From NCBI GenBank assembly GCA_030152625.1, contig JASLJD010000145.1:1-39458 (forward strand): DNA of 39,458 nucleotides, in the 5' to 3' direction. This DNA is from Erysipelothrix sp. GTDB lineage: Bacteria > Bacillota_I > Bacilli_A > Erysipelotrichales > Erysipelotrichaceae. A program made the translations under genes and the position numbers. Positions 11,252-20,937 of this stretch are shown piece by piece. The stretch's first letter is position 1. The number at the start of each line of letters is the position of its first letter. Below the pieces are notes generated by a model that saw only the letters and a list, made by a program, of their open reading frames with translations, had not been told where the DNA came from and searched no databases.

Positions 11252-11578
11252 ATGACTATGTCGGAGATCAGTATAAATAGAAAACAAAGCTCTAAAAAAA
11301 TAATTGGTGCAATTGTTGTAATTGTATTACTTGCGATTTCAGCTTTTTTCATCTCAAAGACATTGAAAGATGTTTTCACAACGTATGCGCTAAAACAAGA
11401 ATTGAAGACCGTTGAAACAGAACTCACGAGTCTTAAAGAGCGCCAAAGTGAATTAAGTTTAGAAAAGGCTAAACTTGAAGATCCTAACTATGTTCAAAAT
11501 TATGCACGTGGAACACATTTGCTTTCCAAATCAGAAGAGCAAGTGTTCATTTTACCGAAACTTAAAAAAGGCGACTAA
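11252..11578 (+). CDS. divIC: FtsB/DivIC-family septum formation initiator
   Basis: One TM segment, a coiled coil and L-x-DPNYVQNYAR. Follows mfd and the S4 protein. Start could be ATG 11258. Confidence 0.85.
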   Translation: MTMSEISINRKQSSKKIIGAIVVIVLLAISAFFISKTLKDVFTTYALKQELKTVETELTSLKERQSELSLEKAKLEDPNYVQNYARGTHLLSKSEEQVFILPKLKKGD

Positions 11579-11595
11579 TGTTTTTATTCTAAAAT

Positions 11596-11625
11596 AAAAA
11601 AACCACATATTCATGTGGTTTTTTT
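11596..11625. terminator. Bidirectional terminator between divIC and NUDIX
   Basis: AAAAAAACCACAT-ATTC-ATGTGGTTTTTTT. Confidence 0.85.
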
Positions 11626-12120
11626 GTGTCTTTTCTTTAAATGATAGACAAGTGCAATTGTTTTTGCATCAACAATTTTTCCTTCGTCGATCATTTTTTC
11701 TATTTCTGATAGCTTCATGGTCGAAACACTGAGTTCTTCATTCTCATCCAAATCTTGACCAACGAATTTTAAGTCTTTTGCATAATACAAATATAAAACT
11801 TCATCGAGGTAGGCTGGAGACGGGTATATCTTGCCCAAATACTCAATTTTTTGAGCTAGATAGCCTGTTTCTTCACGAAGTTCCCTGACTGCAGTTTTTT
11901 CGGGAGTTTCATTTGGATCAATTTTTCCAGCAGGGAATTCATAAAGATTTTCTTCAACAGCGTAACGAAATTGTTCAACTAAAAAGAAAGATCCGTCCTT
12001 TTTTTGGGCTGCGACCGCAACACCTCCTGGATGACGAAGAACTTCAGCATTGACATTGTCAAATTGTTTTCGATAAACATCCACAATAATTCCTTGATAG
12101 ACATTTTTTTCTTTTTTCAT
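11611..12120 (-). CDS. NUDIX hydrolase, ADP-ribose pyrophosphatase (NudF-like)
   Basis: Nudix box GKIDPNETPEKTAVRELREETG, plus HPGGV, EQFRY, EFPAG and DAKT. Confidence 0.9.
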   Translation of the reverse strand: MKKEKNVYQGIIVDVYRKQFDNVNAEVLRHPGGVAVAAQKKDGSFFLVEQFRYAVEENLYEFPAGKIDPNETPEKTAVRELREETGYLAQKIEYLGKIYPSPAYLDEVLYLYYAKDLKFVGQDLDENEELSVSTMKLSEIEKMIDEGKIVDAKTIALVYHLKKRHKKTT

Positions 12121-12170
12121 TCTGATCCCTATCCTTTATCTTAGTTTATCATAAAAATAAGCGAGCTTCG

Positions 12171-12179
12171 TGTTATAAT
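12171..12179 (+). promoter_or_regulatory. Extended -10 promoter of tmk-holB-rsmI-guaC
   Basis: TGTTATAAT ending 16 nt before the tmk ATG. Confidence 0.65.
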
Positions 12180-12195
12180 ATTCGAGAGGTGGACT

Positions 12196-12822
12196 ATGGG
12201 TAAATTTATCTCCCTTGAAGGACCGGAGGGAAGCGGGAAAACATCGGTCATTGCATATCTATCAAAACAATTGGAAGCAGAAGGCTATGATGTATTGATT
12301 ACAAGAGAACCTGGTGGTATCGCGATTGCGGAAAAAATACGTTCTTTGATTTTGGATACAGAGCATCAAGAAATGGATCCAAAAACAGAGGCCTTGCTTT
12401 ATGCTGCTAGTCGAAGACAACATTTAGTGGAGAAAATACAACCTGCTTTAGAGGCGGGGAAAATTGTGATTTCAGATCGTTTTATTGACAGCTCTCTTGC
12501 TTATCAAGGTGTTGCTAGAAAAATCGGATTGGAAGAAGTTTTTGCTATTAATCAATTTGCAATTGAAGATTATATGCCAGAATTGACAGTTTTTTTAGAT
12601 GTTCCACCTGAAATAGGGATGGAACGAGTAGGTAAACGTGGAAAAAAAGATCGTTTAGAATTGGAATCGATGCAATTTCATCAAGATGTCTACGAAGCTT
12701 ATCATCAATTATTAAAAGATTATCCTGAAAGGATTCGACGTGTTGATGCACAAGAAGATCTCGATAAGGTTTGTCAGGATGCCTATACAATCGTGAAGGA
12801 GTTTTTAGAGGATGCAAGCTAG
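12196..12822 (+). CDS. tmk: Thymidylate kinase
   Basis: EGPEGSGKT, TREPGG and DRFIDSSLAYQG. Confidence 0.98.
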   Translation: MGKFISLEGPEGSGKTSVIAYLSKQLEAEGYDVLITREPGGIAIAEKIRSLILDTEHQEMDPKTEALLYAASRRQHLVEKIQPALEAGKIVISDRFIDSSLAYQGVARKIGLEEVFAINQFAIEDYMPELTVFLDVPPEIGMERVGKRGKKDRLELESMQFHQDVYEAYHQLLKDYPERIRRVDAQEDLDKVCQDAYTIVKEFLEDAS

Positions 12823-13651
12823 TCATTGGTACCGATTTATACAAGCACAAATGAAACAAAAAAAACTAAGCCATGCGTATCTTTTAGTTGGAACGCAGGC
12901 TTTTTCTGTTGCAGAGAAAATGGCACAGACTATTTTATGTGATGAAGAAAGGGCCTGTGGTTCTTGTCCTTCCTGTCATCGTGTCTTAGCAAATAGTCAT
13001 GCAAATTTAAAGTTACTTCGCTCGGAGGAAGGGCGTTTAAAAAAAGAAGAAGTCCTAGATTTAAAAACAAGTTTTTCACAAACTTCCCTTGAAAAGAATA
13101 AAAAACAAATTTATATCATCGAAGATATTGAAGAAGCAAGTCTATCAGCTTTGAATAGTTTATTGAAATTTTTGGAAGAGCCAGAAGGTGATGTTCTTGC
13201 GATTCTTACGAGTGAATATCAAAATCGTATTCTCGATACGATCCAGTCGCGTTGTTTAATTCTTCATGTTGATCAAGAAGTGGACAAAAAGACTTGGTTA
13301 GATGAAAGCATGCAGGAATATCCAAAAGACTATCTTCACATCATGTTAAGCATAGCCAATGAGAAGGCTGTTTTTAAGGATTTAGTGGCAAATAAACGCT
13401 ACTTAGACTTTTATGAAGCCATGGAAAAATATTATCATCTCCATTCGCGAAAAGATTTGCTTTTGTTTTATCATTACATGACGCAAACGATGAAGCCTAA
13501 TCTTGAAGAGCTGAATATTCTTTTAGAAATGATGAAAGAGAAGACAGATGATAAAAAGGTCTTAAAGAATATTTTAAAAACACAAGACCGGCTTCGACCT
13601 GGATTTAATCCAAATCTCTTAATTGATCAGTTGATGGGAGCGATATTATGA
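12812..13651 (+). CDS. holB: DNA polymerase III delta-prime subunit
   Basis: SHAYLL, Zn motif C-x5-CGSCPSC, NSLLKFLEEP and TIQSRC. Follows tmk. Confidence 0.9.
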   Translation: MQASHWYRFIQAQMKQKKLSHAYLLVGTQAFSVAEKMAQTILCDEERACGSCPSCHRVLANSHANLKLLRSEEGRLKKEEVLDLKTSFSQTSLEKNKKQIYIIEDIEEASLSALNSLLKFLEEPEGDVLAILTSEYQNRILDTIQSRCLILHVDQEVDKKTWLDESMQEYPKDYLHIMLSIANEKAVFKDLVANKRYLDFYEAMEKYYHLHSRKDLLLFYHYMTQTMKPNLEELNILLEMMKEKTDDKKVLKNILKTQDRLRPGFNPNLLIDQLMGAIL

Positions 13652-14496
13652 TTCAAAAGAGTTTTAAAGATCCAAGACCCATTCTTTATTTAGTCGCAAC
13701 ACCGATTGGCAATCTTTCTGAAATGACAAGTCGAGCGATTGAAGTATTAAAGGAAGTTGATGTTGTTGCAGCGGAAGATACACGTGTTAGCTCGCAATTG
13801 CTGGCTCATTTCAACATTCAAAAACCAATGATCGCTTATCATGACCATAATGAAAATCAGATGAGTGAGCATATTTTAAAGGAGATGTCAGAAGGAAAAC
13901 AAATCGCTTTAATGAGTGATGCGGGTTATCCTTTGATTTCAGATCCTGGTTATCGCGTGGTGCAGGCTGCTTTGGATGAAGGTTATCATGTTGTTTCTGT
14001 TTCAGGGAGTTCTGCTTTTCTCAATGCATTGGTTGTCTCTGGTTTGGTAACTTATCCTTTTGCCTTTATGGGCTTTTTAGAATCAAAGGAACAGGCCTTA
14101 AAAAAGCAATTATTGGAGCATCGTTACTTGGATATGACCTTAGTTTATTATGTTTCTGTTCATAAAGTGGAAAAAAGTCTTGAATTTATGTATGATATCT
14201 TCGGTAATCGTCAGATAGCCTTAGCACGAGAATTGACTAAGAAACATGAAGAAATTATTCGTGGTTCGATTTCGGAAGTCCTTGATGCGATGGTGACGAT
14301 TAAGGGAGAATATGTTTTGGTGGTGGAGGGGTATCAAGAAAAGCAAGAAAAAGATTCCTTTGAGACAATATTATTAGAACTTGAAGAACTTGTTGAGCTT
14401 GGTGTGAAACCATCTAAAGCCATATCATACCTTTCGAAAAAACGTCAGGTCTCAAAAAATAAGCTCTATGATGTTTACCACGAAAGAAAGGGTTGA
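13648..14496 (+). CDS. rsmI: 16S rRNA C1402 2'-O-methyltransferase
   Basis: [28 protein letters not shown] and ARELTK. Confidence 0.97.
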   Translation: MIQKSFKDPRPILYLVATPIGNLSEMTSRAIEVLKEVDVVAAEDTRVSSQLLAHFNIQKPMIAYHDHNENQMSEHILKEMSEGKQIALMSDAGYPLISDPGYRVVQAALDEGYHVVSVSGSSAFLNALVVSGLVTYPFAFMGFLESKEQALKKQLLEHRYLDMTLVYYVSVHKVEKSLEFMYDIFGNRQIALARELTKKHEEIIRGSISEVLDAMVTIKGEYVLVVEGYQEKQEKDSFETILLELEELVELGVKPSKAISYLSKKRQVSKNKLYDVYHERKG

Positions 14497-14498
14497 CT

Positions 14499-15473
14499 AT
14501 GAAAATATTTGATTATGAAGATATTCAGTTGTTGCCTAATAAGTGTATAGTAAAAAGCCGATCCGAATGTGATACGAGTATCGAATTCGGTGGTCGTCGT
14601 TTTAAGATGCCAGTTGTTCCAGCTAATATGCAAACGATTATGGATGAAGAACTTGCGGAATGGCTTGCATCCAATGGTTATTTTTATGTCATGCACCGTT
14701 TTGATGAAGACTCTAGGCTTCCTTTCATCAAAAAGATGCATGAAAAAGGTCTTTTCGCATCAATCAGTGTAGGGATTAAGGATGGAGAATACCGTTTTGT
14801 TGAGGACTTAATTTCGGCGAATGCGATTCCTGAATACATTACCATCGATGTAGCACACGGTCATTCGGAATTTGTTATTAAGATGGTTCAGTATATTAAA
14901 GAACGTATGCCAGAGACCTTTGTGATTGCAGGTAATGTAGGCACACCTGAAGCGGTTCGTGATCTAGAACGCGCTGGCGCGGATGCAACGAAACTGGGTA
15001 TTGGTCCTGGTAAAGTTTGTACTACAAAACTTAAAACAGGATTTGGTACAGGTGGATGGCAATTAGCGGCTTTGAATTGGTGTGCAAAGGCAGCCAGTAA
15101 GCCAATTATTGCAGATGGGGGCATTCGTCATCATGGTGATATTGCCAAATCGATTCGTTTTGGAGCAGACATGGTAATGATTGGATCACTGTTTGCAGGC
15201 CATGAAGAATCCCCAGGGAAAACAGTGAAAAAAGATGGCACCTTATATAAGGAATATTTCGGAAGCGCCTCAGAATATCAAAAAGGCGAGCGAAAAAATG
15301 TTGAAGGTAAACGGATTCTAATAGAATATAAAGGGTCCATTGAAGATACACTTTTGGAAATGCAACAAGATCTTCAATCATCCATCTCCTATTCAGGTGG
15401 AAACAGCCTAGACTCTTTACGAAAAGTCGATTATGTCATTGTTAAGAATTCAATATTCAACGGTGACTTTTAA
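14499..15473 (+). CDS. guaC: GMP reductase (type 2)
   Basis: [30 protein letters not shown] and ADGGIR. ATG 14499 chosen by SD spacing. Confidence 0.97.
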   Translation: MKIFDYEDIQLLPNKCIVKSRSECDTSIEFGGRRFKMPVVPANMQTIMDEELAEWLASNGYFYVMHRFDEDSRLPFIKKMHEKGLFASISVGIKDGEYRFVEDLISANAIPEYITIDVAHGHSEFVIKMVQYIKERMPETFVIAGNVGTPEAVRDLERAGADATKLGIGPGKVCTTKLKTGFGTGGWQLAALNWCAKAASKPIIADGGIRHHGDIAKSIRFGADMVMIGSLFAGHEESPGKTVKKDGTLYKEYFGSASEYQKGERKNVEGKRILIEYKGSIEDTLLEMQQDLQSSISYSGGNSLDSLRKVDYVIVKNSIFNGDF

Positions 15474-15478
15474 ACTTA

Positions 15479-15487
15479 TGTTATAAT
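15479..15487 (+). promoter_or_regulatory. Extended -10 promoter of the Fur-family gene
   Basis: TGTTATAAT just after the guaC stop. Confidence 0.6.
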
Positions 15488-15494
15488 GTAATCG

Positions 15495-15896
15495 GTGATG
15501 GTAGTGAGTCTTAAATTAACAAAACAACGCAAAGAGATTCTCGACCTTATTCAAGCGAGTGATGGTCACATGACAGCTGATCAAATTCACACTCGATTAA
15601 AAGAAAATAATGTTTCGATCGGCATTGCGACCGTTTATCGAAATTTAAATCTTTTATATGAAGAACATCTCATCAATCGTGTACGTCACCCAGAGTTAGG
15701 CTACATCTATGATAAGAATGTTCATGAACACTACCATTTTCGATGCATTGTTTGTGATCGCATTGAAGATGTGGACATCGAGTACCAAGAAACTTTAAAC
15801 AAACTCGTTGAAGAGGAGCTTGGATCTAAAGTCGAAAGACATGATATAAACTTTGAAGGTATTTGTAAACAGTGTCTAGCGAAAGAATCTTCTTAG
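15495..15896 (+). CDS. Fur-family transcriptional regulator, PerR-like
   Basis: TKQR, HMTAD, ATVYRNL, YD-x5-HYH-x2-CIVC-x3-ED and CKQC. The His/Asp ligand pattern matches PerR. The real start may be GTG 15504. Confidence 0.9.
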   Translation: MMVVSLKLTKQRKEILDLIQASDGHMTADQIHTRLKENNVSIGIATVYRNLNLLYEEHLINRVRHPELGYIYDKNVHEHYHFRCIVCDRIEDVDIEYQETLNKLVEEELGSKVERHDINFEGICKQCLAKESS

Positions 15897-15912
15897 ACGT
15901 TGAGATAAGAAT

Positions 15913-15942
15913 AAAAAGACAGCCTTATTCGGCTGTCTTTTT
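15913..15942. terminator. Bidirectional terminator
   Basis: AAAAAGACAGCC-TTATTC-GGCTGTCTTTTT. Confidence 0.88.
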
Positions 15943-16341
15943 ATATACAATAATTGCTTCAAAGATTAGGATACTTGCAAAAAGAACTGTGTTTCTCAAA
16001 GCACTGAATGCAAAACCTAAACGTTGTGATAAACGTATTAAAATTTCAAGCCAAAGAATAAAACGAAGTATTGCAACGATAAAGTAGAATTTGGCTTCTT
16101 TCTTTCCTCGTACTCTTGCCTCATATGCAGCAAGCGGAACAAGAAATGTGAGAATACTGAAACTAGCAAGAACCAAAATTACATTCAATGCAAGAAAGCG
16201 TTGATAGAGCTGAATGTTTTGCAGTTTTTGATAAAGTTTTGGAAAGCATTGTGTTGATAAATTCAATAAGAAAAGAAGCCCAATTATGAGGTCTGCCTTT
16301 AAGAAAATTTGGCTACTTTTTTGAAAATTTGTTTTTTCCAT
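15925..16341 (-). CDS. Hypothetical membrane protein (about 4 TM segments, 138 aa)
   Basis: Four hydrophobic segments. SD AAGGAG before ATG 16341. Has its own promoter and terminator. Confidence 0.75.
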   Translation of the reverse strand: MEKTNFQKSSQIFLKADLIIGLLFLLNLSTQCFPKLYQKLQNIQLYQRFLALNVILVLASFSILTFLVPLAAYEARVRGKKEAKFYFIVAILRFILWLEILIRLSQRLGFAFSALRNTVLFASILIFEAIIVYKKTAE

Positions 16342-16360
16342 AGCTATCTCCTTTTCATAG

Positions 16361-16389
16361 ATTATAGAGTTTTCTTTCTGCTTTGACAA
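16361..16389 (-). promoter_or_regulatory. Sigma-A promoter of the hypothetical membrane protein
   Basis: TTGTCA, 17 nt spacer, TATAAT on the minus strand. Confidence 0.75.
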
Positions 16390-16403
16390 GCCTTTAGAAA
16401 AGA

Positions 16404-16432
16404 TTGAGGAATTATCGAATATCGGCTATAAT
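16404..16432 (+). promoter_or_regulatory. Sigma-A promoter of metG
   Basis: TTGAGG, 17 nt spacer, TATAAT. Confidence 0.7.
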
Positions 16433-16466
16433 AACATCATACACAAGGATATCGGAGGAGTGCATT

Positions 16467-18386
16467 ATGAAAGAAAAGTATTATATAACGACAGCAATTG
16501 CGTATACATCTGCAAAACCTCATATCGGTAATATCTATGAGATCGTTTTAACAGATGCTTTAGCGCGTTATAAACGAGCCCAAGGTTATGATGTCTATTT
16601 TCAAACAGGTACTGATGAACATGGACAAAAAATTGAAGATAATGCGAAATTACATGGGAAAGAACCTCAAGTTTATGTCGATGAAGTAGCGAATATGATT
16701 CGCGGTCTTTTTGATTTGATGAATATCTCATATGATCATTTTATTCGAACAACTGATGAGTATCATAAAAAACAAGTTCAGAAGATTTTCCGAAAACTTT
16801 ATGATCAAGGGGACCTCTATAAAGGTTTTTATGAAGGTTGGTATTGTAAAGCTTGTGAATCTTTCTATTCGGATAGTCAAGTTGAAGAAGAAGGTATTTG
16901 TCCTGTCTGTGAAGCAAAGATTGAAAAGCAAAAAGAAGAAACATACTTCTTTAAGCTCAGTAATTATCAAGACAGATTAATCCAACATATTGAAGAAAAT
17001 CCTGATTTCATTGTTCCAGAATCAAGAAAAAATGAAATGGTCCGTGCTTTTTTGGAAGAGCCTTTGTATGATTTGGCTGTAACACGAACAAGTTTCAACT
17101 GGGGAATCCCGATTGATTTTGATGAAGGTCATATTGTTTATGTATGGATGGATGCACTCACCAATTACATTACAGGCATTGGTTATGATCAAGATGGTGA
17201 TCATGGTGATTTATACAAGAAATATTGGCCAGCAGATGTCCATGTGATTGGGAAAGATATTTTACGTTTCCATACAATTTATTGGCCAATCTTTTTGATG
17301 GCTTTAGATATCGACTTACCAAAGCAAATATTTGGTCATCCATGGTTACTTTTAAATGATGGGAAAATGAGTAAGTCAAAAGGTAATGTCGTCTATGTGG
17401 ATGATTTAGTCGATGTTTTTGGTGTCGATCCTGTTCGTTTCCTCATGTTACATGCGATTCCTTATGATCGTGATGGGGCATTAAGTTTTGAGATGATGAT
17501 TGAACGTATCAACACAGATCTTGCTAATATTATCGGAAATCTTGTCAATCGAAGTATTACGATGGTAAACAAATATTTCGATGGTGTTTTAAGCGTTAAT
17601 AATGTGCATGATGAGCTGGATGATGAATTATTGGAAGCCAAGCGTTCATTGCCAAAACGTGTTGAAGATAAAATGGAAGTCTTCAGAGTTTCTGAAGCGA
17701 TTTCGGAGATTGTTAACTTTTTCCGTCGTTGCAATAAGTATATCGATGAGACAGAACCATGGAATCTGGCTAAAGATGAAGAACAGTCCGATCGCTTACA
17801 AACTGTGCTTTATAATTTGATGGATTCGATTCGTGTGGGTGCGATCTTACTTGAATCTTTTGTACCAGAAACGTCCAAGAAAATGCTTGACCAATTGAAT
17901 ATCGATGATCGAAGCTTAGAAGCCGCTTCATCTGAGAATGCATTTCCTCTCAACCACCGCATCACAGAAAAACCAGAAATTATTTTCCATCGTTTAGATG
18001 TGGATGAGACATTGGAGTTATTAGAAGAAAAAACAAATCCAAAGAAAATGAAAAGCTTGTCTGAGGATGAAATGATTTCCTTTGAAGATTTTCAGTCGAT
18101 GAATATGCTTGCAGGAAAAATTATTGAGGTTGAAAAGCATCATAATGCAGATAAACTTTATGTTTGTCAAGTCGATTTAGGCGATGAAATTGTTCAAGTT
18201 GTGAGTGGTCTTGTCGATCATTTCACAGAAAAAGAACTTCTAGGCCAAAAAGTCGTTGTTGTTCGCAATCTTCAACCGGCTAAATTACGGGGTGTGGAAT
18301 CTCATGGGATGATTCTAGCGGCAAAAGATCGTGAAGGTTTAAAACTTGTGACTGTAGATGCATTGGAAGGAACAAAAATTACTTAA
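16467..18386 (+). CDS. metG: Methionine--tRNA ligase with C-terminal tRNA-binding domain
   Basis: HIGN, TGTDEHG, Zn knuckle CKAC/CPVC, KMSKS and KLRGVESHGM. Start at ATG 16467 (SD GGAGG). Confidence 0.98.
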   Translation: MKEKYYITTAIAYTSAKPHIGNIYEIVLTDALARYKRAQGYDVYFQTGTDEHGQKIEDNAKLHGKEPQVYVDEVANMIRGLFDLMNISYDHFIRTTDEYHKKQVQKIFRKLYDQGDLYKGFYEGWYCKACESFYSDSQVEEEGICPVCEAKIEKQKEETYFFKLSNYQDRLIQHIEENPDFIVPESRKNEMVRAFLEEPLYDLAVTRTSFNWGIPIDFDEGHIVYVWMDALTNYITGIGYDQDGDHGDLYKKYWPADVHVIGKDILRFHTIYWPIFLMALDIDLPKQIFGHPWLLLNDGKMSKSKGNVVYVDDLVDVFGVDPVRFLMLHAIPYDRDGALSFEMMIERINTDLANIIGNLVNRSITMVNKYFDGVLSVNNVHDELDDELLEAKRSLPKRVEDKMEVFRVSEAISEIVNFFRRCNKYIDETEPWNLAKDEEQSDRLQTVLYNLMDSIRVGAILLESFVPETSKKMLDQLNIDDRSLEAASSENAFPLNHRITEKPEIIFHRLDVDETLELLEEKTNPKKMKSLSEDEMISFEDFQSMNMLAGKIIEVEKHHNADKLYVCQVDLGDEIVQVVSGLVDHFTEKELLGQKVVVVRNLQPAKLRGVESHGMILAAKDREGLKLVTVDALEGTKIT

Positions 18387-18399
18387 AGGAGTCAATACG

Positions 18400-19011
18400 A
18401 TGAAAGTCGTTTTAGTACGTCATGGTGAAACAACTGGCAATCGTGATCAAGTTTTTACTGGATGGTCAGATGTTTCTTTAACCCAAGAGGGCATTCAAGA
18501 ATTAAAAAAGTTTAAAGAAATCTATGATTATCCTGAAACAGATCGTTATTACAGCTCGGATTTAGAAAGAGCTGTCGATACATTTGAAATTTTGTATGCT
18601 GATCGAAATGTTGTTTTAAACCAAGAAGCTCAACTTCGAGAAATTTATTTTGGCGATTTAGAAGATCAAGGAGATGAAGATCTTTCCAAAGCCTTTCGTG
18701 AACAATGGCCACAAAACGTTCGTGCCCATCATTGGGAGACTTTAAGTGAATTCACGTATCGAATCGTATCGGCTTTAGAAATGATTTTAATGGATATGAA
18801 AAGAAAAAAGGAATCGTCGGTGACGATTGTATGTCATGGCGGTGTTATTCGAACTTTCGTTATGTTCTTAGCTCATCTCCCTTCACAAGAAGCTGAAAAC
18901 ATCCCAACGCCCAATGGTCTTGGTTATGTTTTAGATCTTGATTTTGATGAAGAAACCGGTCAAATTTTATTAAATCATTATTATCCTATTAAGAAAAAAG
19001 CCAAGGATTAG
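18400..19011 (+). CDS. Histidine phosphatase family protein (phosphoglycerate mutase-like)
   Basis: LVRHGET, SSDLERA and VCHGG. SD AAGGAG before ATG 18400. Confidence 0.92.
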   Translation: MKVVLVRHGETTGNRDQVFTGWSDVSLTQEGIQELKKFKEIYDYPETDRYYSSDLERAVDTFEILYADRNVVLNQEAQLREIYFGDLEDQGDEDLSKAFREQWPQNVRAHHWETLSEFTYRIVSALEMILMDMKRKKESSVTIVCHGGVIRTFVMFLAHLPSQEAENIPTPNGLGYVLDLDFDEETGQILLNHYYPIKKKAKD

Positions 19012-19025
19012 TTTCCTTGGCTTTT
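18996..19025. terminator. Bidirectional terminator
   Basis: AAAAGCCAAGGA-TTAGTT-TCCTTGGCTTTT. Confidence 0.85.
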
Positions 19026-19026
19026 A

Positions 19027-20937
19027 TTATGGATGAATGGGCATGATACTGATGATTGAACCATCAAGATTTTCAACCATAATCATAATTCCTTCTTTTT
19101 TTCCTCTACCCACATCTTTCGAACGAATTTTTGTTTCATATTTTCTAGCTTCCTCGAGGGGAATTATTTTTTCTTGGTCTGGCCAACGAAGATAAGTTTG
19201 TTGAACAAGGTTCATATATCCCTCGTTAACCTCTAAACCTTCGTCTTTATCAACAAGTATATAACTTGTTTCTAAGACTTCAGCTTCGCTTAGATGTTGA
19301 TTGAGATAGCGAATGGCTTTTTCGAAACGCCTATCGATAGGGAATTGGTAGTAAATATCATCTAAATAAAGAAGCTGGTAAACAATCTCGGAACTATTGT
19401 TGCTTAATTGGACATTTTTCATATCCTCTAGAATAAGTTTTTGTAAACGCCTTAAGTCACCTTGGAATTGTTTTTGTTCGCTCATCATTGGATCGGTAAC
19501 AAGCATGTTTTGTACTGTATATCGCGGATTGATAAGCGGATGATTGCGGTAGGCGACATCCTCATAATTTTGAATGTCTTCAATTTGTTTTAATTTCTTA
19601 AGCGGTATTTGGTAAGAACGCTTGAATGAACGTCCATTTTTAAGTTTGTAATGAAGTTGCACTGTTGTCATCTTTTTTTCTATCGTTGTGTACGGTGATA
19701 TTTTTTCAAACTTTCCATCTTGGTAATCTTGGATCAGTGATTCATTAAAGTCTAAAATAAGATCAATAGCTTCTTTGTCCGAAATAAGATAAGGACTGTT
19801 AAGGGGTAAAAAGTAAGTAGAATTGTGATTGTTTTCAATCGAGACTGAAGCAATTTTATCCTTGTTTGGGAGATGTGTGTACACACCCAAACCATTGCTT
19901 TCTCTAAATACAGTTAGTAGCAACAAAGTAGTGCCAATAATCAGTAAATAATTTTTGCTGGCATGTCTTAAAGCATTGGCAGATCGTTCTTTAAAAATGG
20001 TCAGTGTAGCATAAAGAATGTAAGTGATGAGGACTGGTAAAAGCAGGTTTTGAATAGATAAGTAGGGAATTTTAGAATTCGTTGGAAAACTGATGGCAGA
20101 AATTAGAAAGGTAAAGATAATTGCAGTGAAAATCGTGGATATCAATGGGAAGAAAAAAGCATTGGAAATGGGGGATTCACTGCACTCAGAGGGCCATTTT
20201 TCATAAAGTTTAAGACTTATTCGATAGATCGCATAAGCTAAAATCATCCAGTAAAGGAGTAATTTAATGGAAAATGTTGTATTTATAAAATCAAACATAT
20301 AAAGAGTGGCAACAAAGGGTGAAGCATATTTAAGTGATTGAAGATCAAAAGGCTCAAAACCAAAAATATTAGCTGCAGAGAAGATATTGAAAGATGCATA
20401 GGCCAGTAAAGGTAAAAGAATAACAATGATTGTATAGATCAGTGAATCAGCCAATGTTCCTGTGTTCATAATGGTAAAAACACTTGGCATCATCAAAACG
20501 AAGAACATAATCGATAAGCGAATAAAGTGTTGTAAATGTATTTTTTGGAAAGATAGATTTGTGAAAAGATAGAGAATACCATATCCAGACCAATATGCAA
20601 TCGCTGTTGAAAGGATTAAAATAGTCATCGCAACCATTAAATTGTTTCTCAAAAGATCTTTTCGTTTCATCGGTAGTGAATGATATAAATCAACAGATTT
20701 TCGAGAGTTTTTATAATTTAAAAGTAAAAAGGGGGTAATACTTGCAAAGAAAGAAGCAAGGACCGCTAAAAACCCGACATAATTCTCGGCGTTTATCGTC
20801 TCATGGACAGTTGAATAATCTTGTATGAGAAGTTGAATGGTAACAATTACTGGAAAGACAGCAGACATCATGACAGTAAAGAGGATAATGTAACTTTTAT
20901 TTTGTTTTAAGATATGATTACGATATTTTTGATTCAT
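19027..20937 (-). CDS. ABC transporter permease (YtrC-like) with large C-terminal soluble domain
   Basis: About 9 TM segments and motif DLYHSLPMKR. Overlaps the upstream ABC ATPase. Confidence 0.8.
   Translation of the reverse strand: MNQKYRNHILKQNKSYIILFTVMMSAVFPVIVTIQLLIQDYSTVHETINAENYVGFLAVLASFFASITPFLLLNYKNSRKSVDLYHSLPMKRKDLLRNNLMVAMTILILSTAIAYWSGYGILYLFTNLSFQKIHLQHFIRLSIMFFVLMMPSVFTIMNTGTLADSLIYTIIVILLPLLAYASFNIFSAANIFGFEPFDLQSLKYASPFVATLYMFDFINTTFSIKLLLYWMILAYAIYRISLKLYEKWPSECSESPISNAFFFPLISTIFTAIIFTFLISAISFPTNSKIPYLSIQNLLLPVLITYILYATLTIFKERSANALRHASKNYLLIIGTTLLLLTVFRESNGLGVYTHLPNKDKIASVSIENNHNSTYFLPLNSPYLISDKEAIDLILDFNESLIQDYQDGKFEKISPYTTIEKKMTTVQLHYKLKNGRSFKRSYQIPLKKLKQIEDIQNYEDVAYRNHPLINPRYTVQNMLVTDPMMSEQKQFQGDLRRLQKLILEDMKNVQLSNNSSEIVYQLLYLDDIYYQFPIDRRFEKAIRYLNQHLSEAEVLETSYILVDKDEGLEVNEGYMNLVQQTYLRWPDQEKIIPLEEARKYETKIRSKDVGRGKKEGIMIMVENLDGSIISIMPIHP

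Noticed and set aside
15476..15495. PerR/Fur autoregulatory box at the promoter of the Fur-family gene
   Set aside because: Only the TTATAAT half matches, and that is the -10 itself. There is no 7-1-7 inverted repeat.
16342..16466. Longer N-termini in the ORF track for the 4-TM protein (16389) and metG (16404)
   Set aside because: Both TTG starts are the -35 boxes of the promoters. SD-supported ATGs lie downstream.
16433..16466. T-box or SAM riboswitch ahead of metG
   Set aside because: The predicted leader is under 30 nt and contains no T-box motif.
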